Below are positions 51,250-64,000 of a stretch of DNA of 64,000 nucleotides, piece after piece. The translations under genes and the position numbers were made by a program. Numbering within the stretch: the stretch's first letter is position 1; each line of letters starts with the position of its first letter. The stretch spans positions 3,348,001 to 3,412,000 of the forward strand of contig OZ059896.1 in the NCBI GenBank assembly GCA_964057225.1. Reading direction: 5' to 3'. The notes beneath the pieces are model-generated. The model saw only the letters and a list, made by a program, of their open reading frames with translations, did no database searches and was not told where the DNA came from. The DNA comes from Auanema rhodensis (taxonomy: Eukaryota; Animalia; Nematoda).

Positions 51250-54200
51250 ACACTCAAAATTGCTTCCAAAAACATTTTGACAAAAATTTTTTCGAGAAAT
51301 TTCAAAATAATTTAGCAAAAAGTAGATGTTTTTAGATTCCTTCTTTCAAGGCAAAAACGATGGACAATGTTATTCAACGAAAAAATTAATTCTTCAGGGA
51401 GAAAATCGAGGATATAAGTGTGAACTTATATCAGTTGATATCTCGGTGCATTTTTAAGCTAGCGCAAATCTGATAACACAGATCGACGCAGCTTAAAAAT
51501 CCGCATCGAATGCACTATAGTACATTGAGGAAAGCTTAATACAAAAATTAGTTATGATTGTTTGAAAAATGATGCATTAGTGTATGTTGAGTTTCCATGT
51601 ACACTCAAAATTGCTTCCAAAAACATTTTGACAAAAATTTTTTCGAAAAATTTCAAAATAATTTAGCAAAAAGTAGATGTTTTTAGATTCCTTCTTTCAA
51701 GGCAAAAACGATGGACAATGTTATTCAACGAAAAAATTAATTCTTCAGGGTGAAAATCGAGGATATAAGTGTGAACTTATATCAGTTGATATCTCGGTGC
51801 ATTTTTAAGCTAGCGCAAATCTGATAACACAGATCGACGCAGCTTAAAAGTCCGCATCAAATGCACTATACTACATTAAGCAAAGCTTAATACAAAAATT
51901 AGTTATGATCGTTTGAAAAATGATGCATTAGTGTATGTTGAGTTTCCATGTACACTCAAAATTGCTTCCAAAAACATTTTGACAAAAATTTTTTCGAAAA
52001 ATTTCAAAATAATTTAGCAAAAAGTAGATGTTTTTAGATTCCTTTTTTCAAGGCAAAAACGATGGACAATGTTATTCAACGAAAAAATTAATTCTTCAGG
52101 GTGAAAATCGAGGATATAAGTGTGAACTTATATCAGTTGATATCTCGGTGCATTTTTAAGCTAGCGCAAATCTGATAACACAGATCGACGCAGCTTAAAA
52201 ATCCGCATCGAATGCATTATACTACATGGAGAAACGCTCATCACAAAAATTAGTTATGATCGTTTGAAAAATGATGCATTAGTGTATGTTGAGTTTCCAT
52301 GTACACTCAACATTGCTTCCAAAAACATTTTGACAAAATTTTTTCGAAAAATTTCAAAATAATTTCGCAAAAAGTAGATGTTTTTAGATTCCTTTTTTTG
52401 AGGCAAAAACGATGGACAATGTTATTCAACGAAAAAATTAATTCTTCAGGGTGAAAATCGAGGATATAAGTGTGAACTTATATCAGTTGATATCTCGGTG
52501 CATTTTTAAGCTAGCGCAAATCTGATAACACAGATCGACGCAGCTTAAAAGTCCGCATCAAATGCACTATACTACATTAAGCAAAGCTTAATACAAAAAT
52601 TAGTTATGATCGTTTGAAAAATGATGCATTAGTGTATGTTGAGTTTCCATGTACACTCAAAATTGCTTCCAAAAACATTTTGACAAAAATTTTTTCGAAA
52701 AATTTCAAAATAATTTAGCAAAAAGTAGATGTTTTTAGATTCCTTTTTTCAAGGCAAAAACGATGGACAATGTTATTCAACGAAAAAATTAATTCTTCAG
52801 GGTGAAAATCGAGGATATAAGTGTGAACTTATATCAGTTGATATCTCGGTGCATTTTTAAGCTAGCGCAAATCTGATAACACAGATCGACGCAGCTTAAA
52901 AATCCGCATCGAATGCATTATACTACATGGAGAAACGCTCATCACAAAAATTAGTTATGATCGTTTGAAAAATGATGCATTAGTGTATGTTGAGTTTCCA
53001 TGTACACTCAACATTGCTTCCAAAAACATTTTGACAAAATTTTTTCGAAAAATTTCAAAATAATTTCGCAAAAAGTAGATGTTTTTAGATTCCTTTTTTT
53101 GAGGCAAAAACGATGGACAATGTTATTCAACGAAAAAATTAATTCTTCAGGGTGAAAATCGAGGATATAAGTGTGAACTTATATCAGTTGATATCTCGGT
53201 GCATTTTTAAGCTAGCGCAAATCTGATAACATAGATCGACGCAGCTTAAAAGTCCGCATCGAATGCACCATACTACATGGAGAAACGCTCATCACAAAAA
53301 TTAGTTATGATCGTTTGAAAAATGATGCATTAGTGTATGTTGAGTTTCCATGTACACTCAAAATTGCTTCCAAAAACATTTTGACAAAAATTTTTTCGAA
53401 AAATTTCAAAATAATTTAGCAAAAAGTAGATGTTTTTAGATTCCTTTTTTCGAGGCAAAAACGATGGACAATGTTATTCAACGAAAAAATTAATTCTTCA
53501 GGGTGAAAATCGAGGATATAAGTGTGAACTTATATCAGTTGATATCTCGGTGCATTTTTAAGCTAGCGCAAATCTGATAACATAGATCGACGCAGCTTAA
53601 AAGTCCGCATCGAAAGCACTATACTACATTAAGAAAAGCTTAATACAAAAATTAGTTATGATCGTTTGAAAAATGATGCATTAGTGTATGTTGAGTTTCC
53701 ATGTACACTCAACATTGCTTCCAAAAACATTTTGACAAAAATTTTTTCGAAAAATTTCAAAATAATTTAGCAAAAAGTAGATGTTTTTAGATTCTTTTTT
53801 TCAAGGCAAAAACGATGGACAATGTTATTCAACGAAAAAATTAATTCTTCAGGGTGAAAATCGAGGATACAAGTGTGAACTTATATCAGATGATATCTAG
53901 GTGCATTTTTAAGTTAGCGCAAATCTGATAACACAGATCGACGCAGCTTAAAAATCCGCATCGAATGCACTATATTACATTGAGGAAAGCTTAATACAAA
54001 AATTAGTTATGATCGTTTGAAAAATGATGCATTAGTGTATGTTGAGTTTCCATGTACACTCAAAATTGCTTCCAAAAACATTTTGACAAAAATTTTTTCG
54101 AAAAATTTCAAAATAATTTAGCAAAAAGTAGATGTTTTTAGATTCCTTTTTTTAAGGCAAAAACGATGGACAATGTTATTCAACGAAAAAATTAATTCTT

Positions 54201-57200
54201 CAGGGTGAAAATCGAGGATATAAGTGTGAACTTATATCAGTTGATATCTCGGTGCATTTTTAAGCTAGCGCAAATCTGATAACACAGATCGACGCAGCTT
54301 AAAAAACCGCATCGAATGCACTATATTACATTGAGAAAAGCTGAATACAAAAATTAGTTATGATCGTTTGAAAAATGATGCATTAGTGTATGTTGAGTTT
54401 CCATGTACACTCAAAATTGCTTCCAAAAACATTTTGACAAAAATTTTTTCGAGAAATTTCAAAATAATTTAGCAAAAAGTAGATGTTTTTAGATTCCTTC
54501 TTTCAAGGCAAAAACGATGGACAATGTTATTCAACGAAAAAATTAATTCTTCAGGGAGAAAATCGAGGATATAAGTGTGAACTTATATCAGTTGATATCT
54601 CGGTGCATTTTTAAGCTAGCGCAAATCTGATAACACAGATCGACGCAGCTTAAAAATCCGCATCGAATGCACTATAGTACATTGAGGAAAGCTTAATACA
54701 AAAATTAGTTATGATTGTTTGAAAAATGATGCATTAGTGTATGTTGAGTTTCCATGTACACTCAAAATTGCTTCCAAAAACATTTTGACAAAAATTTTTT
54801 CGAGAAATTTCAAAATAATTTAGCAAAAAGTAGATGTTTTTAGATTCCTTCTTTCAAGGCAAAAACGATGGACAATGTTATTCAACGAAAAAATTAATTC
54901 TTCAGGGTGAAAATCGAGGATATAAGTGTGAACTTATATCAGTTGATATCTCGGTGCATTTTTAAGCTAGCGCAAATCTGATAACACAGATCGACGCAGC
55001 TTAAAAATCCGCATCGAATGCACTATATAACATTGAGAAAAGCTGAATACAAAAATTAGTTATGATCGTTTGAAAAATGATGCATTAGTGTATGTTGAGT
55101 TTCCATGTACACTCAAAATTGCTTCCAAAAACATTTTGACAAAAATTTTTTCGAGAAATTTCAAAATAATTTAGCAAAAAGTAGATGTTTTTAGATTCCT
55201 TCTTTCAAGGCAAAAACGATGGACAATGTTATTCAACGAAAAAATTAATTCTTCAGGGAGAAAATCGAGGATATAAGTGTGAACTTATATCAGTTGATAT
55301 CTCGGTGCATTTTTAAGCTAGCGCAAATCTGATAACACAGATCGACGCAGCTTAAAAATCCGCATCGAATGCACTATAGTACATTGAGGAAAGCTTAATA
55401 CAAAAATTAGTTATGATTGTTTGAAAAATGATGCATTAGTGTATGTTGAGTTTCCATGTACACTCAAAATTGCTTCCAAAAACATTTTGACAAAAATTTT
55501 TTCGAAAAATTTCAAAATAATTTAGCAAAAAGTAGATGTTTTTAGATTCCTTCTTTCAAGGCAAAAACGATGGACAATGTTATTCAACGAAAAAATTAAT
55601 TCTTCAGGGTGAAAATCGAGGATATAAGTGTGAACTTATATCAGTTGATATCTCGGTGCATTTTTAAGCTAGCGCAAATCTGATAACACAGATCGACGCA
55701 GCTTAAAAGTCCGCATCAAATGCACTATACTACATTAAGCAAAGCTTAATACAAAAATTAGTTATGATCGTTTGAAAAATGATGCATTAGTGTATGTTGA
55801 GTTTCCATGTACACTCAAAATTGCTTCCAAAAACATTTTGACAAAAATTTTTTCGAAAAATTTCAAAATAATTTAGCAAAAAGTAGATGTTTTTAGATTC
55901 CTTTTTTCAAGTCAAAAACGATGGACAATGTTATTCAACGAAAAAATTAATTCTTCAGGGTGAAAATCGAGGATATAAGTGTGAACTTATATCAGTTGAT
56001 ATCTCGGTGCATTTTTAAGCTAGCGCAAATCTGATAACACAGATCGACGCAGCTTAAAAATCCGCATCGAATGCATTATACTACATGGAGAAACGCTCAT
56101 CACAAAAATTAGTTATGATCGTTTGAAAAATGATGCATTAGTGTATGTTGAGTTTCCATGTACACTCAACATTGCTTCCAAAAACATTTTGACAAAATTT
56201 TTTCGAAAAATTTCAAAATAATTTCGCAAAAAGTAGATGTTTTTAGATTCCTTTTTTTGAGGCAAAAACGATGGACAATGTTATTCAACGAAAAAATTAA
56301 TTCTTCAGGGTGAAAATCGAGGATATAAGTGTGAACTTATATCAGTTGATATCTCGGTGCATTTTTAAGCTAGCGCAAATCTGATAACATAGATCGACGC
56401 AGCTTAAAAGTCCGCATCGAATGCACCATACTACATGGAGAAACGCTCATCACAAAAATTAGTTATGATCGTTTGAAAAATGATGCATTAGTGTATGTTG
56501 AGTTTCCATGTACACTCAAAATTGCTTCCAAAAACATTTTGACAAAAATTTTTTCGAAAAATTTCAAAATAATTTAGCAAAAAGTAGATGTTTTTAGATT
56601 CCTTTTTTCGAGGCAAAAACGATGGACAATGTTATTCAACGAAAAAATTAATTCTTCAGGGTGAAAATCGAGGATATAAGTGTGAACTTATATCAGTTGA
56701 TATCTCGGTGCATTTTTAAGCTAGCGCAAATCTGATAACATAGATCGACGCAGCTTAAAAGTCCGCATCGAAAGCACTATACTACATTAAGAAAAGCTTA
56801 ATACAAAAATTAGTTATGATCGTTTGAAAAATGATGCATTAGTGTATGTTGAGTTTCCATGTACACTCAACATTGCTTCCAAAAACATTTTGACAAAAAT
56901 TTTTTCGAAAAATTTCAAAATAATTTAGCAAAAAGTAGATGTTTTTAGATTCTTTTTTTCAAGGCAAAAACGATGGACAATGTTATTCAACGAAAAAATT
57001 AATTCTTCAGGGTGAAAATCGAGGATACAAGTGTGAACTTATATCAGATGATATCTAGGTGCATTTTTAAGCTAGCGCAAATCTGATAACACAGATCGAC
57101 GCAGCTTAAAAATCCGCATCGAATGCACTATATTACATTGAGGAAAGCTTAATACAAAAATTAGTTATGATCGTTTGAAAAATGATGCATTAGTGTATGT

Positions 57201-57500
57201 TGAGTTTCCATGTACACTCAAAATTGCTTCCAAAAACATTTTGACAAAAATTTTTTCGAAAAATTTCAAAATAATTTAGCAAAAAGTAGATGTTTTTAGA
57301 TTCCTTTTTTTAAGGCAAAAACGATGGACAATGTTATTCAACGAAAAAATTAATTCTTCAGGGTGAAAATCGAGGATATAAGTGTGAACTTATATCAGTT
57401 GATATCTCGGTGCATTTTTAAGCTAGCGCAAATCTGATAACACAGATCGACGCAGCTTAAAAAACCGCATCGAATGCACTATATTACATTGAGGAAAGCT
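51250..57500. repeat. 9-monomer-offset duplication (3157-3158 bp) with nested 2-monomer duplications; boundaries approximate
   Basis: GCATCAAATG 51859/52560/55718, GCACCAT 53269/56427, CGAAAGC 53615/56773 and TTCGAGAAA 51296/54453/54804/55155. Confidence 0.75.
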
Positions 57501-57869
57501 TAATACAAAAATTAGTTATGATTGTTTGAAAAATGATGCATTAGTGTATGTTGAGTTTCCATGTACACTCAAAATTGCTTCCAAAAACATTTTGACAAAA
57601 ATTTTTTCGAAAAATTTCAAAATAATTTAGCAAAAAGTAGATGTTTTTAGATTCCTTCTTTCAAGGCAAAAACGATGGACAATGTTATTCAACGAAAAAA
57701 TTAATTCTTCAGGGTGAAAATCGAGGATATAAGTGTGAACTTATATCAGTTGATATCTCGGTGCATTTTTAAGCTAGCGCAAATCTGATAACACAGATCG
57801 ACGCAGCTTAAAAATCCGCATCGAATGCATTATACTACATGGAGAAACGCTCATCACAAAAATTAGTTA

Positions 57870-59760
57870 TGATCGTTTGAAAAATGATGCATTAGTGTAT
57901 GTTGAGTTTCCATGTACACTCAACATTGCTTCCAAAAACATTTTGACAAAATTTTTTCGAAAAATTTCAAAATAATTTAGCAAAAAGTAGATGTTTTTAG
58001 ATTCCTTCTTTCAAGGCAAAAACGATGGACAATGTTATTCAACGAAAAAATTAATTCTTCAGGGTGAAAATCGAGGATATAAGTGTGAACTTATATCAGT
58101 TAATATCTCGGTGCATTTTTAAGCTAGCGCAAATCTGATAACACAGATCGACGCAGCTTAAAAGTCCGCATCGAATGCACTATACTACATTAAGAAAAGC
58201 TTAATACAAAAATTAGTTACGATCGTTTGAAAAATGATGCATTAGTGTATGTTGAGTTTCCATGTACACTCAAAATTGCTTCCAAAAACATTTTGACAAG
58301 ATTTTTTCGAAAAATTTCAAAATAATTTCGCAAAAAGTAGATGTTTTTAGATTTCTTCTTTCAAGGCAAAAACGATGGACAATGTTATTCAACGAAAAAA
58401 TTAATTCTTCAGGGTGAAAATCGAGGATATAAGTGTGAACTTATATCAGTTGATATCTCGGTGCATTTTTAAGCTAGCGCAAATCTGATAACATAGATCG
58501 ACGCAGCTTAAAAATCCGCATCGAATGCATTATACTACATGGAGAAACGCTCATCACAAAAATTAGTTATGATCGTTTGAAAAATGATGCATTAGTGTAT
58601 GTTGAGTTTCCATGTACACTCAACATTGCTTCCAAAAACATTTTGACAAAATTTTTTCGAAAAATTTCAAAATAATTTCGCAAAAAGTAGATGTTTTTAG
58701 ATTCCTTTTTTTGAGGCAAAAACGATGGACAATGTTATTCAACGAAAAAATTAATTCTTCAGGGTGAAAATCGAGGATATAAGTGTGAACTTATATCAGT
58801 TGATATCTCGGTGCATTTTCAAGCTAGCGCAAATCTGATAGTACAGATCGACGCAGCTTAAAAATCCGCATCGAATGCACTATACTACATTGAGAAACGC
58901 TTAATACAAAAATAAGTTATGATCGTTTGAAAAATGATGCATTAGTGTATGTTGAGTTTCCATGTACACTCAACATTGCTTCCAAAAACATTTTGACAAA
59001 ATTTTTTCGAAAAATTTCAAAATAATTTAGCAAAAAGTAGATGTTTTTAGATTCCTTCTTTCAAGGCAAAAACGATGGACAATGTTATTCAACGAAAAAA
59101 TTAATTCTTCAGGGTGAAAATCGAGGATATAAGTGTGAACTTATATCAGTTAATATCTCGGTGCATTTTTAAGCTAGCGCAAATCTGATAACACAGATCG
59201 ACGCAGCTTAAAAGTCCGCATCGAATGCACTATACTACATTAAGAAAAGCTTAATACAAAAATTAGTTACGATCGTTTGAAAAATGATGCATTAGTGTAT
59301 GTTGAGTTTCCATGTACACTCAAAATTGCTTCCAAAAACATTTTGACAAAATTTTTTCGAAAAATTTCAAAATAATTTCGCAAAAAGTAGATGTTTTTAG
59401 ATTTCTTCTTTCAAGGCAAAAACGATGGACAATGTTATTCAACGAAAAAATTAATTCTTCAGGGTGAAAATCGAGGATATAAGTGTGAACTTATATCAGT
59501 TGATATCTCGGTGCATTTTTAAGCTAGCGCAAATCTGATAACATAGATCGACGCAGCTTAAAAATCCGCATCGAATGCATTATACTACATGGAGAAACGC
59601 TCATCACAAAAATTAGTTATGATCGTTTGAAAAATGATCCATTAGTGTATGTTGAGTTTCCATGTACACTCAACATTGCTTCCAAAAACATTTTGACAAA
59701 ATTTTTTCGAAAAATTTCAAAATAATTTCGCAAAAAGTAGATGTTTTTAGATTCCTTTTT
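57870..59760. repeat. 3-monomer-offset duplication (1050 bp); boundaries approximate
   Basis: ATTTCTTCTT begins at 58351 and 59401, with GTTACG and CATAGAT variants in register. Confidence 0.7.
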
Positions 59761-62700
59761 TTGAGGCGAAAACGATGGACAATGTTATTCAACGAAAAAA
59801 TTAATTCTTCAGGGTGAAAATCGAGGATATAAGTGTGAACTTATATCAGTTAATATCTCGGTGCATTTTTAAGCTAGCGCAAATCTGATAACACAGATCG
59901 ACGCAGCTTAAAAGTCCGCATCGAATGCACTATACTACATTAAGAAAAGCTTAATACAAAAATTAGTTATGATCGTTTGAAAAATGATGCATTAGTGTAT
60001 GTTGAGTTTCCATGTACACTCAAAATTGCTTCCAAAAACATTTTGACAAAAATTTTTTCGAAAAATTTCAAAATAATTTAGCAAAAAGTAGATGTTTTTA
60101 GATTCCTTCTTTCAAGGCAAAAACGATGGACAATGTTATTCAACGAAAAAATTAATTCTTCAGGGAGAAAATCGAGGATATAAGTGTGAACTTATATCAG
60201 TTGATATCTCGGTGCATTTTTAAGCTAGCGCAAATCTGATAACACAGATCGACGCAGCTTAAAAATCCGCATCGAATGCACTATACTACATTGAGAAAAG
60301 CTTAATACAAAAATTAGTTATGATTGTTTGAAAAATGATGCATTAGTGTATGTTGAGTTTCCATGTACACTCAAAATTGCTTCCAAAAACATTTTGACAA
60401 AATTTTTTCGAAAAATTTCAAAATAATTTCGCAAAAAGTAGATGTTTTTAGATTCCTTCTTTCAAGGCAAAAACGATGGACAATGTTATTCAACGAAAAA
60501 ATTAATTCTTCAGGGTGAAAATCGAGGATATAAGTGTGAACATATATCAGTTGATATCTCGGTGCATTTTTAAGCTAGCGCAAATCTGATAACATAGATC
60601 GACGCAGCTTAAAAATCCGCATCGAATGCATTATACTACATGGAGAAACGCTCATCACAAAAATTAGTTATGATCGTTTGAAAAATGATGCATTAGTGTA
60701 TGTTGAGTTTCCATGTACACTCAACATTGCTTCCAAAAACATTTTGACAAAATTTTTTCGAAAAATTTCAAAATAATTTCGCAAAAAGTAGATGTTTTTA
60801 GATTCCTTTTTTTGAGGCAAAAACGATGGACAATGTTATTCAACGAAAAAATTAATTCTTCAGGGTGAAAATCGAGGATATAAGTGTGAACTTATATCAG
60901 TTAATTTCTCGGTGCATTTTTAAGCTAGCGCAAATCTGATAACACAGATCGACGCAGCTTAAAAGTCCGCATCGAATGCACTATACTACATTAAGAAAAG
61001 CTTAATACAAAAATTAGTTATGATCGTTTGAAAAATGATGCATTAGTGTATGTTGAGTTTCCATGTACACTCAAAATTGCTTCCAAAAACATTTTGACAA
61101 AAATTTTTTCGAAAAATTTCAAAATAATTTAGCAAAAAGTAGATGTTTTTAGATTCCTTCTTTCAAGGCAAAAACGATGGACGATGTTATTCAACGAAAA
61201 AATTAATTCTTCAGGGAGAAAATCGAGGATATAAGTGTGAACTTATATCAGTTGATATCTCGGTGCATTTTTAAGCTAGCGCAAATCTGATAACACAGAT
61301 CGACGCAGCTTAAAAATCCGCATCGAATGCACTATATTACATTGAGGAAAGCTTAATACAAAAATTAGTTATGATCGTTTGAAAAATGATGCATTAGTGT
61401 ATGTTGAGTTTCCATGTACACTCAAAATTGCTTCCAAAAACATTTTGACAAAAATTTTTTCGAAAAATTTCAAAATAATTTAGCAAAAAGTAGATGTTTT
61501 TAGATTCCTTCTTTCAAGGCAAAAACGATGGACAATGTTATTCAACGAAAAAATTAATTCTTCAGGGTGAAAATCGAGGATATAAGTGTGAACTTATATC
61601 AGTTGATATCTCGGTGCATTTTTAAGCTAGCGCAAATCTGATAACACAGATCGACGCAGCTTAAAAGTCCGCATCGAATGCACTATACTACATTAAGCAA
61701 AGCTTAATACAAAAATTAGTTATGATCGTTTGAAAAATGATGCATTAGTGTATGTTGAGTTTCCATGTACACTCAAAATTGCTTCCAAAAACATTTTGAC
61801 AAAAATTTTTTCGAAAAATTTCAAAATAATTTAGCAAAAAGTAGATGTTTTTAGATTCCTTTTTTCAAGGCAAAAACGATGGACAATGTTATTCAACGAA
61901 AAAATTAATTCTTCAGGGTGAAAATCGAGGATATAAGTGTGAACTTATATCAGTTGATATCTCGGTGCATTTTTAAGCTAGCGCAAATCTGATAACACAG
62001 ATCGACGCAGCTTAAAAATCCGCATCGAATGCACTATATTACATTGAGGAAAGCTTAATACAAAAATTAGTTATGATTGTTTGAAAAATGATGCATTAGT
62101 GTATGTTGAGTTTCCATGTACACTCAAAATTGCTTCCAAAAACATTTTGACAAAAATTTTTTCGAAAAATTTCAAAATAATTTAGCAAAAAGTAGATGTT
62201 TTTAGATTCCTTCTTTCAAGGCAAAAACGATGGACAATGTTATTCAACGAAAAAATTAATTCTTCAGGGTGAAAATCGAGGATATAAGTGTGAACTTATA
62301 TCAGTTGATATCTCGGTGCATTTTTAAGCTAGCGCAAATCTGATAACATAGATCGACGCAGCTTAAAAATCCGCATCGAATGCATTATACTACATGGAGA
62401 AACGCTCATCACAAAAATTAGTTATGATCGTTTGAAAAATGATGCATTAGTGTATGTTGAGTTTCCATGTACACTCAACATTGCTTCCAAAAACATTTTG
62501 ACAAAATTTTTTCGAAAAATTTCAAAATAATTTCGCAAAAAGTAGATGTTTTTAGATTCCTTTTTTTGAGGCAAAAACGATGGACAATGTTATTCAACGA
62601 AAAAATTAATTCGTCAGGGTGAAAATCGAGGATATAAGTGTGAACTTATATCAGTTAATATCTCGGTGCATTTTTAAGCTAGCGCAAATCTGATAACACA

Positions 62701-64000
62701 GATCGACGCAGCTTAAAAGTCCGCATCGAATGCACTATACTACATTAAGAAAAGCTTAATACAAAAATTAGTTATGATCGTTTGAAAAATGATGCATTAG
62801 TGTATGTTGAGTTTCCATGTACACTCAAAATTGCTTCCAAAAACATTTTGACAAAAATTTTTTCGAAAAATTTCAAAATAATTTAGCAAAAAGTAGATGT
62901 TTTCAGATTCCTTTTTTCAAGGCAAAAACGATGGACAATGTTATTCAACGAAAAAATTAATTCTTCAGGGTGAAAATCGAGGATATAAGTGTGAACTTAT
63001 ATCAGTTGATATCTCGGTGCATTTTTAAGCTAGCGCAAATCTGATAACACAGATCGACGCAGCTTAAAAATCCGCATCGAATGCACTATATTACATTGAG
63101 GAAAGCTTAATACAAAAATTAGTTATGATTGTTTGAAAAATGATGCATTAGTGTATGTTGAGTTTCCATGTACACTCAAAATTGCTTCCAAAAACATTTT
63201 GACAAAAATTTTTTCGAAAAATTTCAAAATAATTTAGCAAAAAGTAGATGTTTTTAGATTCCTTCTTTCAAGGCAAAAACGATGGACAATGTTATTCAAC
63301 GAAAAAATTAATTCTTCAGGGTGAAAATCGAGGATATAAGTGTGAACTTATATCAGTTCATATCTCGGTGCATTTTCAAGCTAGCGCAAATCTGATAGTA
63401 CAGATCGACGCAGCTTAAAAATCCGCATCGAATGCATTATACTACATGGAGAAACGCTCATCACAAAAATTAGTTATGATCGTTTGAAAAATGATGCATT
63501 AGTGTATGTTGAGTTTCCATGTACACTCAACATTGCTTCCAAAAACATTTTGACAAAATTTTTTCGAAAAATTTCAAAATAATTTCGCAAAAAGTAGATG
63601 TTTTTAGATTCCTTTTTTTGAGGCAAAAACGATGGACAATGTTATTCAACGAAAAAATTAATTTTTCAGGGTGAAAATCGAGGATATAAGTGTGAACTTA
63701 TATCAGTTAATATCTCGGTGCATTTTTAAGCTAGCGCAAATCTGATAACACAGATCGACGCAGCTTAAAAGTCCGCATCGAATGCACTATACTACATTAA
63801 GAAAAGCTTAATACAAAAATTAGTTATGATCGTTTGAAAAATGATGCATTAGTGTATGTTGAGTTTCCATGTACACTCAAAATTGCTTCCAAAAACATTT
63901 TGACAAAAATTTTTTCGAAAAATTTCAAAATAATTTAGCAAAAAGTAGATGTTTTTAGATTCCTTCTTTCAAGGCAAAAACGATGGACGATGTTATTCAA

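Larger units (their letters stand above)
1..64000. repeat. Satellite DNA tandem array, 350/351-bp monomer, about 182.5 head-to-tail copies, extending beyond both window edges
   Basis: The anchor ATTAGTTATGATCGTTTGAAAAATG starts at 10, 361, 712 and so on to 63819. The span of 63809 bp fits only 182 units of 350-351 bp (mean 350.6; net 73 one-base deletions relative to all-351). No inversions or foreign inserts were seen, and copies differ at a limited set of sites. Confidence 0.99.

Noticed and set aside
1-64000. Giant tandem-repeat protein gene (351 bp = 117 codons)
   Set aside because: The ORF track shows no long ORF in any frame, and about 40% of monomers are 350 bp, which would shift the frame.
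1-64000. CRISPR array or variable-cassette system
   Set aside because: There are no unique spacers. The variable segment has only a few related alleles, and no cas, recombinase or reverse transcriptase genes are present.

Overview
The whole 64 kb window is one uninterrupted head-to-tail tandem array (satellite DNA) of an AT-rich 350/351-bp monomer, about 31% GC by hand count of the first copy, with about 182.5 copies all in the same orientation. I see no genes, RNA genes, transposon insertions, CRISPR arrays or unique sequence. The two listed ORFs are accidents of single substitutions that remove a stop codon in one copy each. The size, purity and lack of CpG depletion fit a eukaryotic, probably invertebrate, heterochromatic or centromeric satellite, but I cannot name the family or species. 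The structure lies at two scales. Inside the monomer is a dense set of inverted repeats: a 67-nt long hairpin, an overlapping alternative dyad, a perfect 9-bp stem with a GTGA loop, and an allele-dependent 9-bp stem. Across the array are a few linked monomer haplotypes, nested block duplications offset by 2 to 25 monomers rather than one fixed higher-order repeat, a change in variant spectrum near 20 kb, and a patch of diverged variants near 50 kb. I found no convincing novel gene system; the hairpin-rich monomer is the best lead. All counts and alignments were done by eye.
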